From IMG/VR virus record IMGVR_UViG_2923339551_000004: DNA of 60,308 nucleotides. One strand, written 5' to 3'. This document shows positions 12,158 to 22,699 of the stretch, one piece after another. The translations under genes and the position numbers were made by a program. Below the pieces are notes generated by a model, which worked only from the letters and a program-made list of their open reading frames with translations, did no database searches and was not told the origin of the DNA. The stretch is from a virus. Its lineage: Duplodnaviria > Heunggongvirae > Uroviricota > Caudoviricetes. The number at the start of each line of letters is the position of its first letter. Position 1 is the first letter of the stretch.

Positions 12158-12798
12158 TTGTCGGTATACCTCTCTCGTTTGCTCAGTTGTTCAGGAATAT
12201 GGTGCAGCAGCTCGCCATCACCACAGTAAATGGCGGCATGATTCGGCACCGATGAACCAAAACAGCACAGCAGCACATCGCCCGGTTGTGCTGATGACAA
12301 CGGCACCTGATACAACCCTGTGGCCTCCAGATTATCCAGATAGAGATTCTGACCGTGACGCCACCAGTCATCCTCGCGATGAAAATCCGGCATCTCAATC
12401 CCCGCCAGATGATAAGCATCCCGGAACAGCGTGTAACAGTCCGTCACCCCGTGCTCAAAGCGCCGCCCGGTGAGATGCGGCACACAGCGGAACTTATGAA
12501 TCGTCCCCCGGCAGACCAGCCACCACGGCAAATCACTCTGCACCTGCAGCCGCCGGTCGGCCTCACTCAGCCAGGGCAGACCACCGGGGTGGCTGTGGAC
12601 CAGCGCCACAATCTCACCCTGCATTTCTGCCTGCAGCCAGTCCTCCGGCGACATACGGAAATACGCCTCCGGCTCACCGGAAATATTCACGCCGGGAAAA
12701 TATCTTTCCCCCTCCGGCGTTCTCACCACGAAGCCGCACGACTCCGCTGGCGCACATCGCCGGGCGTGCGCCAGAATCGCTGATTCTGTCTGTGTCAT
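12055..12798 (-). CDS. K: tail tip assembly protein K
   Basis: 247 aa ORF; lambda K-like sequence; start uncertain. Confidence 0.85.
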   Translation of the reverse strand: MTQTESAILAHARRCAPAESCGFVVRTPEGERYFPGVNISGEPEAYFRMSPEDWLQAEMQGEIVALVHSHPGGLPWLSEADRRLQVQSDLPWWLVCRGTIHKFRCVPHLTGRRFEHGVTDCYTLFRDAYHLAGIEMPDFHREDDWWRHGQNLYLDNLEATGLYQVPLSSAQPGDVLLCCFGSSVPNHAAIYCGDGELLHHIPEQLSKRERYTDKWQRRTHSLWRHRAWRASAFTGIYNDLVAASTFV

Positions 12799-12803
12799 GG
12801 GAT

Positions 12804-13502
12804 TTACTGCGAAAGTTTGTTAATGGAAAGGAAGCCGCCAAAGTTGCCGACGTTATTGCGGAACTTACAGCCACTCAGGCATTTGCTGCATTTATCCTTC
12901 GTGATATCGGACGTCGGCTGGTCATATTCATCCGCGACAGCCGGACCGCTATAACCGCACTCGTCACCGCGATAGGTCCAGGTGCAGGTGTTGGCCAGCA
13001 TGATACGTCCCGGAAAAACAGCGCCATCCGTTTCCGTCGGCGTGGACAGTACAAAGGAGGCACTCACCGCGCTCAGTTCGCTGCACTGCTCGATGCGCCA
13101 GCGGCTGATTACCTCCTGCTCCGGATCGGCGTCACTGTTTCCGTTGACGAAGTTCACCGCATCCAGAAAACGGGCGTAAACCTTACGCCGGACCACCGTT
13201 CCGCCGACCAGACTCTGCAGATCTTCCGCCATCCCGGTGACCATACCGTACAGGTTAGAAACCGTCAGCGTGGGGCGTGTACTGGTGCCTTTGCCATTCA
13301 GTTCAAAACCGCTCCCCTGAATGGGATACGGCTGATACTGTCGCCCCTGCCAGGTGACCGGCTCACCTTTTTCGTTCTGCTCATTACAGAAAAAATAACG
13401 TTCTCCACCGACCTCTGTCAGGTCGATTTCCCAGAGCACCACGCTGGCCGACTGCTCCGCACGGGTGCATTCATTCAGTGTTTCCTGCCGGATATCCTGC
13501 AT
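12804..13502 (-). CDS. L: tail tip assembly protein L
   Basis: 232 aa, MQDIRQETLNECTRAEQSASVVLWEIDLTEVGGERYFF matches lambda L. Confidence 0.95.
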   Translation of the reverse strand: MQDIRQETLNECTRAEQSASVVLWEIDLTEVGGERYFFCNEQNEKGEPVTWQGRQYQPYPIQGSGFELNGKGTSTRPTLTVSNLYGMVTGMAEDLQSLVGGTVVRRKVYARFLDAVNFVNGNSDADPEQEVISRWRIEQCSELSAVSASFVLSTPTETDGAVFPGRIMLANTCTWTYRGDECGYSGPAVADEYDQPTSDITKDKCSKCLSGCKFRNNVGNFGGFLSINKLSQ

Positions 13503-13831
13503 CAGTTCACCACCTGTTCAAACTCTGCGCTGAACTCAACACGCAGCATACTGACCCGCGACGACCATTTTGCGCAGGTCACCTTTATCTGCCGCCACTC
13601 ATAAGGCGGCGTCCACAGAAAGGCTTTCCAGCCCCCGTGCTCTTCCAGAAACGACTCCAGTACCGTGGCCTCCTCACGGGGGACAGAAAGCGTCACGCTG
13701 TACGTTTTCAGGTTGGCATTCAGCCCGGCAGGCGCTCGCTGGGAATAGCCATCACCAAAGCGCACCTTTCTTACAGAAGGGGCCGAAGCCACATCCATAC
13801 CGGGTTTCACTTTCCAGCGGAAGGTTTTCAT
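13502..13831 (-). CDS. M: tail tip assembly protein M
   Basis: 109 aa, lambda M homolog. Confidence 0.95.
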   Translation of the reverse strand: MKTFRWKVKPGMDVASAPSVRKVRFGDGYSQRAPAGLNANLKTYSVTLSVPREEATVLESFLEEHGGWKAFLWTPPYEWRQIKVTCAKWSSRVSMLRVEFSAEFEQVVN

Positions 13832-16389
13832 CGTCCACCTCCGGAGAACAGGCCACCATCACGCATCTGTGTCTGAATTTCATCACGGGCACCCTTGCGG
13901 GCCATGTCATACACTGCCTTCATCATCTGTGGACCTGGCAGACCATTCGTACCGTCGTTCTGAATCACCACGTGATTGTTCTGATTAAAATTAATGCCTT
14001 CAGCCCGCCGCATCTGCGCCGGACTTCCGGCACCGCCCACATAACCACCTTCCGCATAGCCCCGCATCAGGCGGTACAGGTTGCCGACACCAATCCGGCT
14101 GGTTGCCTCCTTCGTGAAGACAAATTCACCACGGTGAACAATCCCCGCTGGCTCATATTTGCCGCCGGTTCCCGTAAATCCCCCGGTCGCAAAATGGAAT
14201 TTCGCCGCAGCTGCCTGAATGGCTGTACCGCCTGACGCGGATGCGCCGCCACCAACAGCCCCGCCAATGGCGCTGCCGATACTCCCGACAATCCCCACCA
14301 TTGCCTGCTTAAGCAGAATTTCTGTCATCATGGACAGCACGGAACGGGTGAAGCTGCGCCAGTTCTGCTCACTGCCGGTCAGCATCGCCGCCATATTCTG
14401 TGCAATACCATCAAAGGTCTGCGTGGCAGCACTTTTAACCTGCGACATACTGTCCGTGGCGCTCTCTTCCCACTCACTCCAGCCGGACTTCAGGCCTGCC
14501 ATCCAGCTCCCGCGAAGCTGGTCTTCAGCCGCCCAGGTCTTTTTCTGCTCTGACATGACGTTATTCAGCGCCAGCGGATTATCGCCATACTGTTCCTTCA
14601 GGCGCTGTTCCGTGGCTTCCCGTTCTGCCTGCCGGTCAGTCAGCCCCCGGCTTTTCGCATCAATGGCGGCCCGTTTTGCCCGTTGCTGCTGTGCGAATTT
14701 ATCCGCCTGCTGCGCCAGCGCGTTCAGGCGCTCCTGATACGTAACCTTGTCGCCAAGTGCAGCCAGCTGGCGTTTGTACTCCAGCGTCTCATCTTTATGC
14801 GCCAGCAGGGATTTCTCCTGTGCAGACAGCTGGCGACGTTGCGCCGCCTCCTCCAGTACCGCGAACTGACTCTCCGCCTTCCACAAATCCCGGCGCTGCT
14901 GGCTGATTTTCTCATTTGCTCCGGCATGCCTCTCCAGCGTCCGGAGTTCAGCCTGAAGCGTCAGCAGGGCAGCATGAGCACTGTCTTCCTGACGATCGCC
15001 CGCAGACACCTTCACGCCGGACTGTTTCGGCTTTTTCAGCGTCGCTTCATAGTCCTTTTTCGCCGCCGCCATCAGCGTGTTGTAATCTGCCTGCAGAATT
15101 TTCCCGTCCTTCAGTGCCTTGTTCAGTTCTTCCTGACGGGCGGTATATTTCTCCAGCGGCGTCTGCAGCCGTTCGTAAGCCTTCTGCGCCTCTTCGGTAT
15201 ATTTCAGCCGTGACGCTTCAGTATCGCTCTGCTGCTGCGCATTTGTGTCCTGTTGACTCTGCTGTTCAGCCTTCTTTCTCGCGGCTTCAAGCGCAAGACG
15301 GGCCTTTTCACGATCATCCCAGTAACGCGCCCGCGCTTCATCGTTAACAAAATAATCATCCTTGCGCAGACTCCAGATGTCGTCCGCTTTCTTAAACGCA
15401 GCCTCTGCCTTAATCAGCATCTCCTGCGCGGTATCAGGACGACCAATATCCAGCACCGCATCCCACATGGATTTGAATGCCCGCGCTGTCCTGTCTGCCC
15501 AGGTCTCCAGCGTACCCATGTTCTCTTTCAGGCGGCGGGTCTGGTCATCAAACCCTTTCGTCGCGGCCTCGTTCGCCGCCTGCAATGCCCCGGCTTCATC
15601 GCCGGAACGCTGCAACTGAGCAACATACGCAATCTGCTCCGCCGTCACGTTATGGAACTGGCGTGCCATCGCCGTCAACCCCGACGTCGGGTCTGTGGTC
15701 AGCTTCCCGAAGGCTTCAGCGACCTTGTCCACCTCCACACCGGATGCAGAGGAGAAACGCGCCACACTCTGGCTGATGGACGCAATCTGAGCCTCACCGC
15801 TTACTCCCGCCTTAACCAGTGCGCTGAGTGACTCGCTGGTCTGGTTAAACGTCAGCCCTGCCACCTGCCCGGCTCTGGACAGGACCAGCATGCGATCTGC
15901 CGTCAGACCCGACTGATTGCCGGAAAGGACCAGCGTTTTGTTGAAATCGGACAGGGTTGAGTTGCCCTGATACCAGGCATACGCCAGCGCACCGGTCGCC
16001 ACCGCCAGCGAGGTGGCCCCCACCATCGGCAGGTTGATCGCACCGGCAAGCCCCCTGAACATGGGGATCATCCCGCCGAAGGAGTCCTTAACCTGCCCCC
16101 CCTGTTGCAGCAGGATCAGCCACGGACTTTGCCCGCCTGCAAGCTGCGTGGCCACGTCGGTGAACTGTGCAGGCAGCATACGCATGGCGGCTTTATACTG
16201 TCCGACGGAAATCCCCGCTTTCTGTGCAGCCAGCGCCTGCCGGTTCATTGACTGTTCAACGACTGCCGCTGTTTTTTTCGCATCACTTTCCGTACCGGAA
16301 AAATGACGCCTGACTCTGGCCATCTGCTCGTCAAATCTGGCCGCATCCAGACTTAAATCAACGACCAGATCGCCTACCGGTTCAGCCAT
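13828..16389 (-). CDS. H: tail tape measure protein H
   Basis: 853 aa, lambda H homolog. Confidence 0.95.
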   Translation of the reverse strand: MAEPVGDLVVDLSLDAARFDEQMARVRRHFSGTESDAKKTAAVVEQSMNRQALAAQKAGISVGQYKAAMRMLPAQFTDVATQLAGGQSPWLILLQQGGQVKDSFGGMIPMFRGLAGAINLPMVGATSLAVATGALAYAWYQGNSTLSDFNKTLVLSGNQSGLTADRMLVLSRAGQVAGLTFNQTSESLSALVKAGVSGEAQIASISQSVARFSSASGVEVDKVAEAFGKLTTDPTSGLTAMARQFHNVTAEQIAYVAQLQRSGDEAGALQAANEAATKGFDDQTRRLKENMGTLETWADRTARAFKSMWDAVLDIGRPDTAQEMLIKAEAAFKKADDIWSLRKDDYFVNDEARARYWDDREKARLALEAARKKAEQQSQQDTNAQQQSDTEASRLKYTEEAQKAYERLQTPLEKYTARQEELNKALKDGKILQADYNTLMAAAKKDYEATLKKPKQSGVKVSAGDRQEDSAHAALLTLQAELRTLERHAGANEKISQQRRDLWKAESQFAVLEEAAQRRQLSAQEKSLLAHKDETLEYKRQLAALGDKVTYQERLNALAQQADKFAQQQRAKRAAIDAKSRGLTDRQAEREATEQRLKEQYGDNPLALNNVMSEQKKTWAAEDQLRGSWMAGLKSGWSEWEESATDSMSQVKSAATQTFDGIAQNMAAMLTGSEQNWRSFTRSVLSMMTEILLKQAMVGIVGSIGSAIGGAVGGGASASGGTAIQAAAAKFHFATGGFTGTGGKYEPAGIVHRGEFVFTKEATSRIGVGNLYRLMRGYAEGGYVGGAGSPAQMRRAEGINFNQNNHVVIQNDGTNGLPGPQMMKAVYDMARKGARDEIQTQMRDGGLFSGGGR

Positions 16390-16816
16390 ACCGGACTCCT
16401 CCTGCGATCCCTTCTGATACTGTCATCAGCATTACGTCATCCTCCGTCATGTCCGCCACATCCGGGGAAGCGGGGATAACTTCATTCCCGTCCGGGCCAA
16501 AACGAACGCCTCCGGCAAGCCCTGCCGCTTTCTGCATCAGCACATCATCTTCAGGCTCTTCGTCAGCCTCGCGCCGGTTCAGCAGACTGAAATCCAGCGG
16601 ATGCATCTCCGGATCGCTGAAAAACAGGCTGAGCACGGTGTACGTCAGCCCGGAAAAGTGCATATCCAGCAGAACATCATGAAAATAATGGGTACTGTAA
16701 AAGCGGTGCCAGTCGGCATACTCCGTGGATGACATCCCGGCAAGCATGGCGCGCCAGTCGGGTCGCCCCATCTCACGCGCCAGTTTCAGGGCAAAACTCA
16801 GCTCACCGTCGAACAC
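16382..16816 (-). CDS. T: tail assembly chaperone T region (made as a G-T fusion by -1 frameshift)
   Basis: ORF overlapping the G 3' end; slippery GGGAAAG on the minus strand at 16816..16822. Confidence 0.8.
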   Translation of the reverse strand: MFDGELSFALKLAREMGRPDWRAMLAGMSSTEYADWHRFYSTHYFHDVLLDMHFSGLTYTVLSLFFSDPEMHPLDFSLLNRREADEEPEDDVLMQKAAGLAGGVRFGPDGNEVIPASPDVADMTEDDVMLMTVSEGIAGGVRYG

Positions 16817-17220
16817 TTTCCCGCAGAAACAGGCACTGCAGGCCCGGCGTCCTCTGCCTGTTCAGGAGCATCATTCACCACAAACTCATACATACCGGAC
16901 AGCCGGTACACCACGTTTTCAGCATGAGAAATTGCCTCTGTGGGCCAGGTGGTAAGCACTTCCTGCTCAATCTGTTTAACGGCTTCATTCATGGAAGGCA
17001 GCTTTGTCTTCTGCGGATGGTTATGCCACAGGGACATCGCTACCACAAAAGCACCGGTTCTGATGGCGTCTTCCACAGTAAACTTCCGGTTGCTGTCTGA
17101 CTCCGCCTGTTCTGCCTGCCGTTTCATCAGGTCGAGATGCTCAATACGCTGCAGGGCTGACAGTTCAGAAAGCGTGACGGTCACACCGTTATGTTCAAAT
17201 GATTCGGTTTTCAGGAACAT
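16798..17220 (-). CDS. G: tail assembly chaperone G
   Basis: 140 aa, MFLKTESFEHNGVTVTLSELSALQRIEHL matches lambda G. Confidence 0.95.
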   Translation of the reverse strand: MFLKTESFEHNGVTVTLSELSALQRIEHLDLMKRQAEQAESDSNRKFTVEDAIRTGAFVVAMSLWHNHPQKTKLPSMNEAVKQIEQEVLTTWPTEAISHAENVVYRLSGMYEFVVNDAPEQAEDAGPAVPVSAGKCSTVS

Positions 17221-17235
17221 CGCTGACTCTCCGGA

Positions 17236-17976
17236 TTAACTGGCGGTGACGTTGATTTCTGCAACCGCAGCAAACTCACCATTACCAGATACGACCGGAA
17301 TGTTGACCTTGCCTGCAGCAACACCTTTCACGGTGATGGTCATACCACTGACCGACACGGTGGCTTTTGTTTTATCCGCAGACACCGCACGGAAGCTCTT
17401 GTCGGTTGCGCCATCCGGCTGGAATGCCACGGTCAGCGTGGTGCTCTGCCCTTTCACTACGGAAGCACTGGCGGGTGTCACCGTCATGCCGGTCGTCGCC
17501 GTCACCGTGCTGCGATCTTCTGCCATCGACGGACGGCCCACATTGGTGACCTTCACCGTGCGGGTAATCACTTCCTTCGCCGTCACCGCCTTACCGATAC
17601 TGCTGACCCAGCCACGGAACACATCGACCGTGCCGTTCGGGAAGCGGATTTTATAGGCACGGGTATCACCTTCATTAAACCACGCCAGCAGCGCCTGCTG
17701 CCCCTGCTCTCCGGGCATCCACGCCAGCGTGAAGCTGGTATCTCCGGCAGATTTCTGCCCCTGCCCGGTCGCAGTCCAGTCTGCATCTTCATCATCGAGA
17801 TAGCTGTCGTCATAGGACTCAGCGGTCAGTTCGCCGGGCGTCAGGTCTTTAACTTTTGCCAGACGCGACCAGTCAACGTCTGAAAGCGGGTTCGCATAAG
17901 GGTCACCGCTCCCCTTATAAACCCACAGGGTGGTTCCGGCACCTTTCACCGGTATTGCTGGATTTGGTACAGGCAT
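17236..17976 (-). CDS. V: major tail protein V
   Basis: Lambda V homolog; start placed at MPVPNP (the track ORF extends to 18006). Confidence 0.9.
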   Translation of the reverse strand: MPVPNPAIPVKGAGTTLWVYKGSGDPYANPLSDVDWSRLAKVKDLTPGELTAESYDDSYLDDEDADWTATGQGQKSAGDTSFTLAWMPGEQGQQALLAWFNEGDTRAYKIRFPNGTVDVFRGWVSSIGKAVTAKEVITRTVKVTNVGRPSMAEDRSTVTATTGMTVTPASASVVKGQSTTLTVAFQPDGATDKSFRAVSADKTKATVSVSGMTITVKGVAAGKVNIPVVSGNGEFAAVAEINVTAS

Positions 17977-17983
17977 ATCGTCC

Positions 17984-18379
17984 TCACATTTCATAGGTAA
18001 TGACATACGTCAGATCGGCAGAACTCCACAAGCCCGCATCATCGTCGCGCCGGTAGTCATAGCCACTGGCCACCATACTGGTGATCAAATCTGACAGTGC
18101 CGGGATATCGCTCATCACCGGATAAATCCGGGACTCCATCCACGCATCCAGCTCTGAATCCGGCACCTGAGCAGGCAGGAAAACTTCAATATGCAGCTCC
18201 GCCTGCCAGGTATCGCTGTCCAGCTCTTCGCCCGTGTATTCAGCGCCGGTGAGATAAACGGCAATTGCCGGAAAATCTTCCTCATCAAAAACAGCAGGGC
18301 GACCATCAAAAAACGTCGCCCCGGTGTCATGCTTCTCCAGTGCATCCAGTACGGCTGCACGGAGTTCAGTATGTTTCAT
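17984..18379 (-). CDS. U: tail terminator protein U
   Basis: 131 aa, lambda U. Confidence 0.95.
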   Translation of the reverse strand: MKHTELRAAVLDALEKHDTGATFFDGRPAVFDEEDFPAIAVYLTGAEYTGEELDSDTWQAELHIEVFLPAQVPDSELDAWMESRIYPVMSDIPALSDLITSMVASGYDYRRDDDAGLWSSADLTYVITYEM

Positions 18380-18954
18380 CGCTTTATTACCATCCTCAGT
18401 TGATGCTGCAGCGCATAGCCCAGCTCTTTCGGAAGACGCTCACGCCGTATCCGCTCAATATTCTGTTTAAACGCCGTGGTCAGCGGCACCGCCATCGGGA
18501 TTTTCACCACATCAATGGGGTAACGGTTTTTCCCGGCCACACGCTGCATGACATGCCAGCGGCCATTTTTCAGTTGCTGAATAAACGCGCCGGGAATACG
18601 ACGGTTTCCCACCACAAGCACGCTGCCGCCACCTTTCAGGGCTGAACGCTGCCCCTTTTTACGACGCCTGCGTCGGGACAGGACAATCCGCGCGTTACCC
18701 AGCTTTATTACGGGCAAATCCCCCCGGTTAACCCTGATTCTGGCCTGCGGATTTTTGACCGTGGCCCTTTTCAGCCAGGCCCTTTCCTTTACCAGTTTCC
18801 GGCGTACCTTTGTCTCACGGGCAACCTGTGACGCCGACTGCGATATCGCGGATGAAGCAACGCGGTTAATGGCCATTGCGGCGGCACCGGGCACCGCCGT
18901 TCTGCTGATACGGCTGAGGTTTTCAACGGCCTGCTCAAGACCTTTTATGGCCAT
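18376..18954 (-). CDS. Z: tail completion protein Z
   Basis: 192 aa, lambda Z. Confidence 0.95.
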   Translation of the reverse strand: MAIKGLEQAVENLSRISRTAVPGAAAMAINRVASSAISQSASQVARETKVRRKLVKERAWLKRATVKNPQARIRVNRGDLPVIKLGNARIVLSRRRRRKKGQRSALKGGGSVLVVGNRRIPGAFIQQLKNGRWHVMQRVAGKNRYPIDVVKIPMAVPLTTAFKQNIERIRRERLPKELGYALQHQLRMVIKR

Positions 18955-18965
18955 ACATCCCCCTT

Positions 18966-19319
18966 TCAGCGGCGACGGTTAACGGCAGGCGGTACGCCCC
19001 GCCCAAGCCAGAGATGACAGCTTCCGCCATCATCCGGCGAAATCCGGTCTATCCAGAAGTTTTCCTCACCGATGGTCAGCGTGTCGCCGCGCCGCAGCTG
19101 CCGCACATCATCAGTCCGGACAAACAGGGACGGGCTGGAGCCTTCAACGCGTACGCCCTGTCCGGCATAGCTGATATTTTCAGGGTCATCAAAAACACCA
19201 CGTATTACTGCGCCGGACTGCTCACCGGATGTCATGGTGGCTGACGTTCCCATGTACCCGCGTATCGTTTCATCGGCGCGGGCAATGGCAGCATCGAACA
19301 GGTTATCGAAATCAGCCAC
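18966..19319 (-). CDS. FII: head-tail joining protein FII
   Basis: 117 aa, lambda FII. Confidence 0.95.
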   Translation of the reverse strand: MADFDNLFDAAIARADETIRGYMGTSATMTSGEQSGAVIRGVFDDPENISYAGQGVRVEGSSPSLFVRTDDVRQLRRGDTLTIGEENFWIDRISPDDGGSCHLWLGRGVPPAVNRRR

Positions 19320-19330
19320 AGCGCCTCCCG

Positions 19331-19726
19331 TTATTGCATTCTGGCCAGGCCGCGCTCTGTCATTTCAGCTGCCACACCGGCAGAGACACGGAACGCCGTT
19401 CCCGGCAGCACAAATGCCACAGCCTCATCCCGCGTGGCGTGAAGTGCATCAGTATGCAGCGTCACCAGTGCCACAACCGTGACCAGATCAGCCGTATCAG
19501 TCACGGTATCCGGCTGCGCTGATACCACCTCATTTTCATGTCCGGTCAGCGCATTTTCCGGGCTGACAGATGTGTCCTGACCGGCAGCGTCATCCGTGTC
19601 ATCAAGCTCCTCTTCCAGCTCTGCCACACGGAGCGCCAGTTCTTCTTTCGTCCCCGTCAGGCTGACATCACGGTTCAGTTGTTCACCCAGCGAGCGGAGA
19701 CGGGCAATCAGTTCATCTTTCGTCAT
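19331..19726 (-). CDS. FI: DNA packaging protein FI
   Basis: Lambda FI homolog; start at MTKDELIARLRSLGEQL. Confidence 0.9.
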   Translation of the reverse strand: MTKDELIARLRSLGEQLNRDVSLTGTKEELALRVAELEEELDDTDDAAGQDTSVSPENALTGHENEVVSAQPDTVTDTADLVTVVALVTLHTDALHATRDEAVAFVLPGTAFRVSAGVAAEMTERGLARMQ

Positions 19727-19767
19727 GGACTCCTCCACAGAGAAACAATGGCCCCGAAGGGCCATGA

Positions 19768-20557
19768 TTACGCCAGTTGTACGGACACGAACTCATCAGG
19801 GTCAGCCAGCAGCATCAGCGGTGCTGACTGAATCATGGTGAACTCACGCGCCGGATCGCCGGTGGTCACCCAGTTTTTCGGGTAACGGGCAGAGGCGTTA
19901 ATGCCTTCGCGCTGTGCGTCCGCATCCTGAATGCAGCCATAGGTGCGCAGACCGCGTGCATGAGTGTTACCCAGCACCATCGTGTTGTCCGGCAGGAAGT
20001 TCTTTTTGACGCCGTTTTCCACGTACTGTCCGGAATACACGACGATGGCCACATCGCCATACATCCCCTTATAGGACACCGCTTTACCCAGGTCTTTCAC
20101 CGCTGTCTCCAGCTCGGAATGAGAGCCGCGACGGGTATCCAGCTTCTCCTTGACGGCGTTGAAGGAACGGAACAGCGCCCAGCCTTTCGGATCAAACACG
20201 ATGATATTCACCACGCCGCTGGCGTTCAGCGCGTAGGCTTCGATATCGTCGGTCGGGTCATACGTGGACTTGTCACGCTTGCTCCACTCCGTGCCGCCGG
20301 ACTGCGTGATGTTGTTCGCCGCACTGCGGCCCATATCCACCTCAACCGGATCGAAGGCTTCACCGGTCATGGTGTATTTGCCCTTGAGCACGGCAGAAAC
20401 TGCCTGCATCTCTTCGACCTGAGCAATGGCCAGCTCTTCGTCACGCATGTTCTGCAGGATGATGCGACGGCGGCGGTAAGCCGGGTCCGCCAGATTCTGC
20501 GGATCTTCATCCGGCAGGCGACGCAGGGTCATCTGCGGATTCACTTCATGCTTGGGT
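19768..20557 (-). pseudogene. E: major capsid protein E, C-terminal fragment (codons ~83 to end) separated from its 5' part by the satellite insertion
   Basis: Translation ...PKHEVNPQMTLRRLPDEDPQNLADPAYRRRR... to ...EFVSVQLA matches lambda E from residue ~80; in-frame stop immediately upstream at the junction. Confidence 0.9.
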
Positions 20558-20712
20558 TACATGAGTCAATCCCGAAAGAACTATTTGATTTCACTTAGCT
20601 TTGTGGTTTATATATCTACGCAACTCCTATCACTGCAATACTTTCTGCAATACAGATATGTGTAGTGAGGACTTGTCTAAAAACCATATTCACGAAGAAA
20701 AAGGATGACACG

Positions 20713-21876
20713 ATGCAACCAGAAGATTATGAAGAAAAGCAATACGAGGATGAGCCAGAATCCTATCCAATTGATGAGTTTCAACTTACTACTACGCCCA
20801 ATGATTTTAATATAATCACAATTATAAGTTTTATTAAATCAAAAGTTTTTAAAATCCCTAACTTTCAAAGGCATTATGTTTGGGATATCAAACGAGCATC
20901 AAAACTCATTGAATCTCTTTTAATAGGCCTTCCTATACCTCAAATATTTTTATATGAACAAGATAAAAATGAATTTTTAGTGATAGATGGTCAGCAGAGA
21001 TTAATGACCCTTTATTACTTTGTAAATGGTGTATTCCCTAGAAAAGAGAAACGTTCTGAACTGAGAAAAATCTTTGAAGATAATGGAAACATTCCAGAAA
21101 ACATTCTTCACAATGATGAATACTTCACAAAGTTCAACCTAAAACTTGATGGTCTATCAGACACCCAAAAAAACAAGTTTAATGGGAAAAACTATGAAAC
21201 ATTAAACGAATTTCAAACCACTTTAAATCTGGCAACCATACGAAATATGGTAATCAAACCGGTTGCACAAGATTCGGAAGATGGTGCAATGTTTGAAATA
21301 TTTAACCGCCTAAATAGTGGGGGAATGAACCTTTCTCCTCAAGAAATTCGTATGAGTTTATATCACTCAGACTTTCTTTCAAATCTTGTTTCATTGAATG
21401 AAAACAAGACATGGAGAAAAATTCTTTCAAAAAATGTTGTTGACATGCGATTGAGTGATATTGAAGCGATATTGCGCACATTTGCTATGTCCCTTTTTAC
21501 ATCTCAATACAAAAGCTCAGTTAGCGGTTTTTTGAACAATTTCTCAAATTATGCAAAAAACTACGACACTAAAGACATAATTTTATTTAGTAATATATGG
21601 AATGAATTTATGGATAGTGTTGATGGAATTGATGAAATCAATTTCAGAACTGGTGGGAATCGTATGAGTATAACTTTATTTGAGTCAATTTTTTATGCTG
21701 CAACTTATGACTCATTTAAAGATAAAGATCTAAAAATAAGACAAGTGACGGTGAATTACATCGATAAGCTTAAAAATGATCCTGAATTTCTGACATTTAG
21801 TACTGATAAAACAACAAGAAGAGAGCATGTAATTGGACGTCTAGAACGTGCAAGAACAATTTTGGAGGGAATGTAA
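20713..21876 (+). CDS. DUF262 (ParB-like nuclease/NTPase fold, GmrSD N-terminal-domain-like) protein
   Basis: Motif FLVIDGQQRLMTLYYF (DGQQR signature of DUF262); AT-rich; start at ATG 20713 with RBS aaggatga (track ORF begins 20665). Confidence 0.7.
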   Translation: MQPEDYEEKQYEDEPESYPIDEFQLTTTPNDFNIITIISFIKSKVFKIPNFQRHYVWDIKRASKLIESLLIGLPIPQIFLYEQDKNEFLVIDGQQRLMTLYYFVNGVFPRKEKRSELRKIFEDNGNIPENILHNDEYFTKFNLKLDGLSDTQKNKFNGKNYETLNEFQTTLNLATIRNMVIKPVAQDSEDGAMFEIFNRLNSGGMNLSPQEIRMSLYHSDFLSNLVSLNENKTWRKILSKNVVDMRLSDIEAILRTFAMSLFTSQYKSSVSGFLNNFSNYAKNYDTKDIILFSNIWNEFMDSVDGIDEINFRTGGNRMSITLFESIFYAATYDSFKDKDLKIRQVTVNYIDKLKNDPEFLTFSTDKTTRREHVIGRLERARTILEGM

Positions 21877-21880
21877 AATA

Positions 21881-22429
21881 ATGGAGGATATGGGATATAC
21901 TTCTATTGAAAGTATGTTTAATAACTATAAGTGTTATTATGATTTTCTTCTAACTCATAATGAGATTAGTTTTGCTAATGATTACAAATCACAATTTTCA
22001 AAAGTAATGCTATTAGCATGTGCTAGCTATTTTGAAACTTTAGTTGTAACTAAGATACATTGTATGCTTAACCCAAGCCAATGTAATCTTACACACGATT
22101 TTATCGATAATAAGGCCCTAACCAGGCAGTATCATACACTCTTTGATTGGAAAAAAAGGAATGCAAACCAGTTTTTTTCCTTTTTTGGCCCAAAATTTAA
22201 AGAGTTTATGATTGAGAAGGTAAAATCAAGCACAGAGTTGACCAAGTCTATCTCTGATTTTATGGAAATCGGAGAGCTAAGAAATAAATTAGCACATAAT
22301 AATTATGCTACTTTTGTATTAGAAAGCACAGCTGAAGAGATTTATAATAAATTTTTAAATGCACATTCATTTGTCTCTCAACTAGATACGTTCAGTACAC
22401 AGTTTAGAGAGCAAATTGGTGAACAGTAA
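21881..22429 (+). CDS. hypothetical protein, possible HEPN-like partner of the DUF262 gene
   Basis: Start ATG 21881 preceded by ggaggga, 5 nt after the DUF262 stop; C-terminal motif ELRNKLAHNNY fits the Rx4H HEPN pattern; motif-level evidence only. Confidence 0.45.
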   Translation: MEDMGYTSIESMFNNYKCYYDFLLTHNEISFANDYKSQFSKVMLLACASYFETLVVTKIHCMLNPSQCNLTHDFIDNKALTRQYHTLFDWKKRNANQFFSFFGPKFKEFMIEKVKSSTELTKSISDFMEIGELRNKLAHNNYATFVLESTAEEIYNKFLNAHSFVSQLDTFSTQFREQIGEQ

Positions 22430-22466
22430 TAGTTTATCTCCAGCAAAAAAATAACTTGCAAATAAT

Positions 22467-22493
22467 AAAAGCGGTCGCGTGACCGCTTTTTTC
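22467..22493. terminator. bidirectional intrinsic terminator between convergent genes
   Basis: aaaagcggtcgcgtgaccgctttttt: hairpin flanked by an A-run and a T-run. Confidence 0.7.
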
Positions 22494-22687
22494 TATTTAT
22501 CATTGCTATTTTCCTTTATTATTTCAGCAATTGACATAACTAAGGCGTCTGCTTTATTTCTAGTCCTATCAAACATATCTCTAATTACATCAATATAATA
22601 ATGTTCCTCAAAAATATTTACGTATGACAAAAGTATTGCACAACTCTTGCCCAAAATGTCAGCCAGTTGATCTTTGTTGACTTCCAT
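22493..22687 (-). CDS. small ORF with a Nu1-like N-terminus (first ~15 aa) fused to unrelated AT-rich sequence
   Basis: MEVNKDQLADILGKS... versus helper Nu1 MEVNKKQLADIFGAS...; sits next to the satellite cos. Confidence 0.4.
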   Translation of the reverse strand: MEVNKDQLADILGKSCAILLSYVNIFEEHYYIDVIRDMFDRTRNKADALVMSIAEIIKENSNDK

Positions 22688-22699
22688 TGTTCATTCCAC

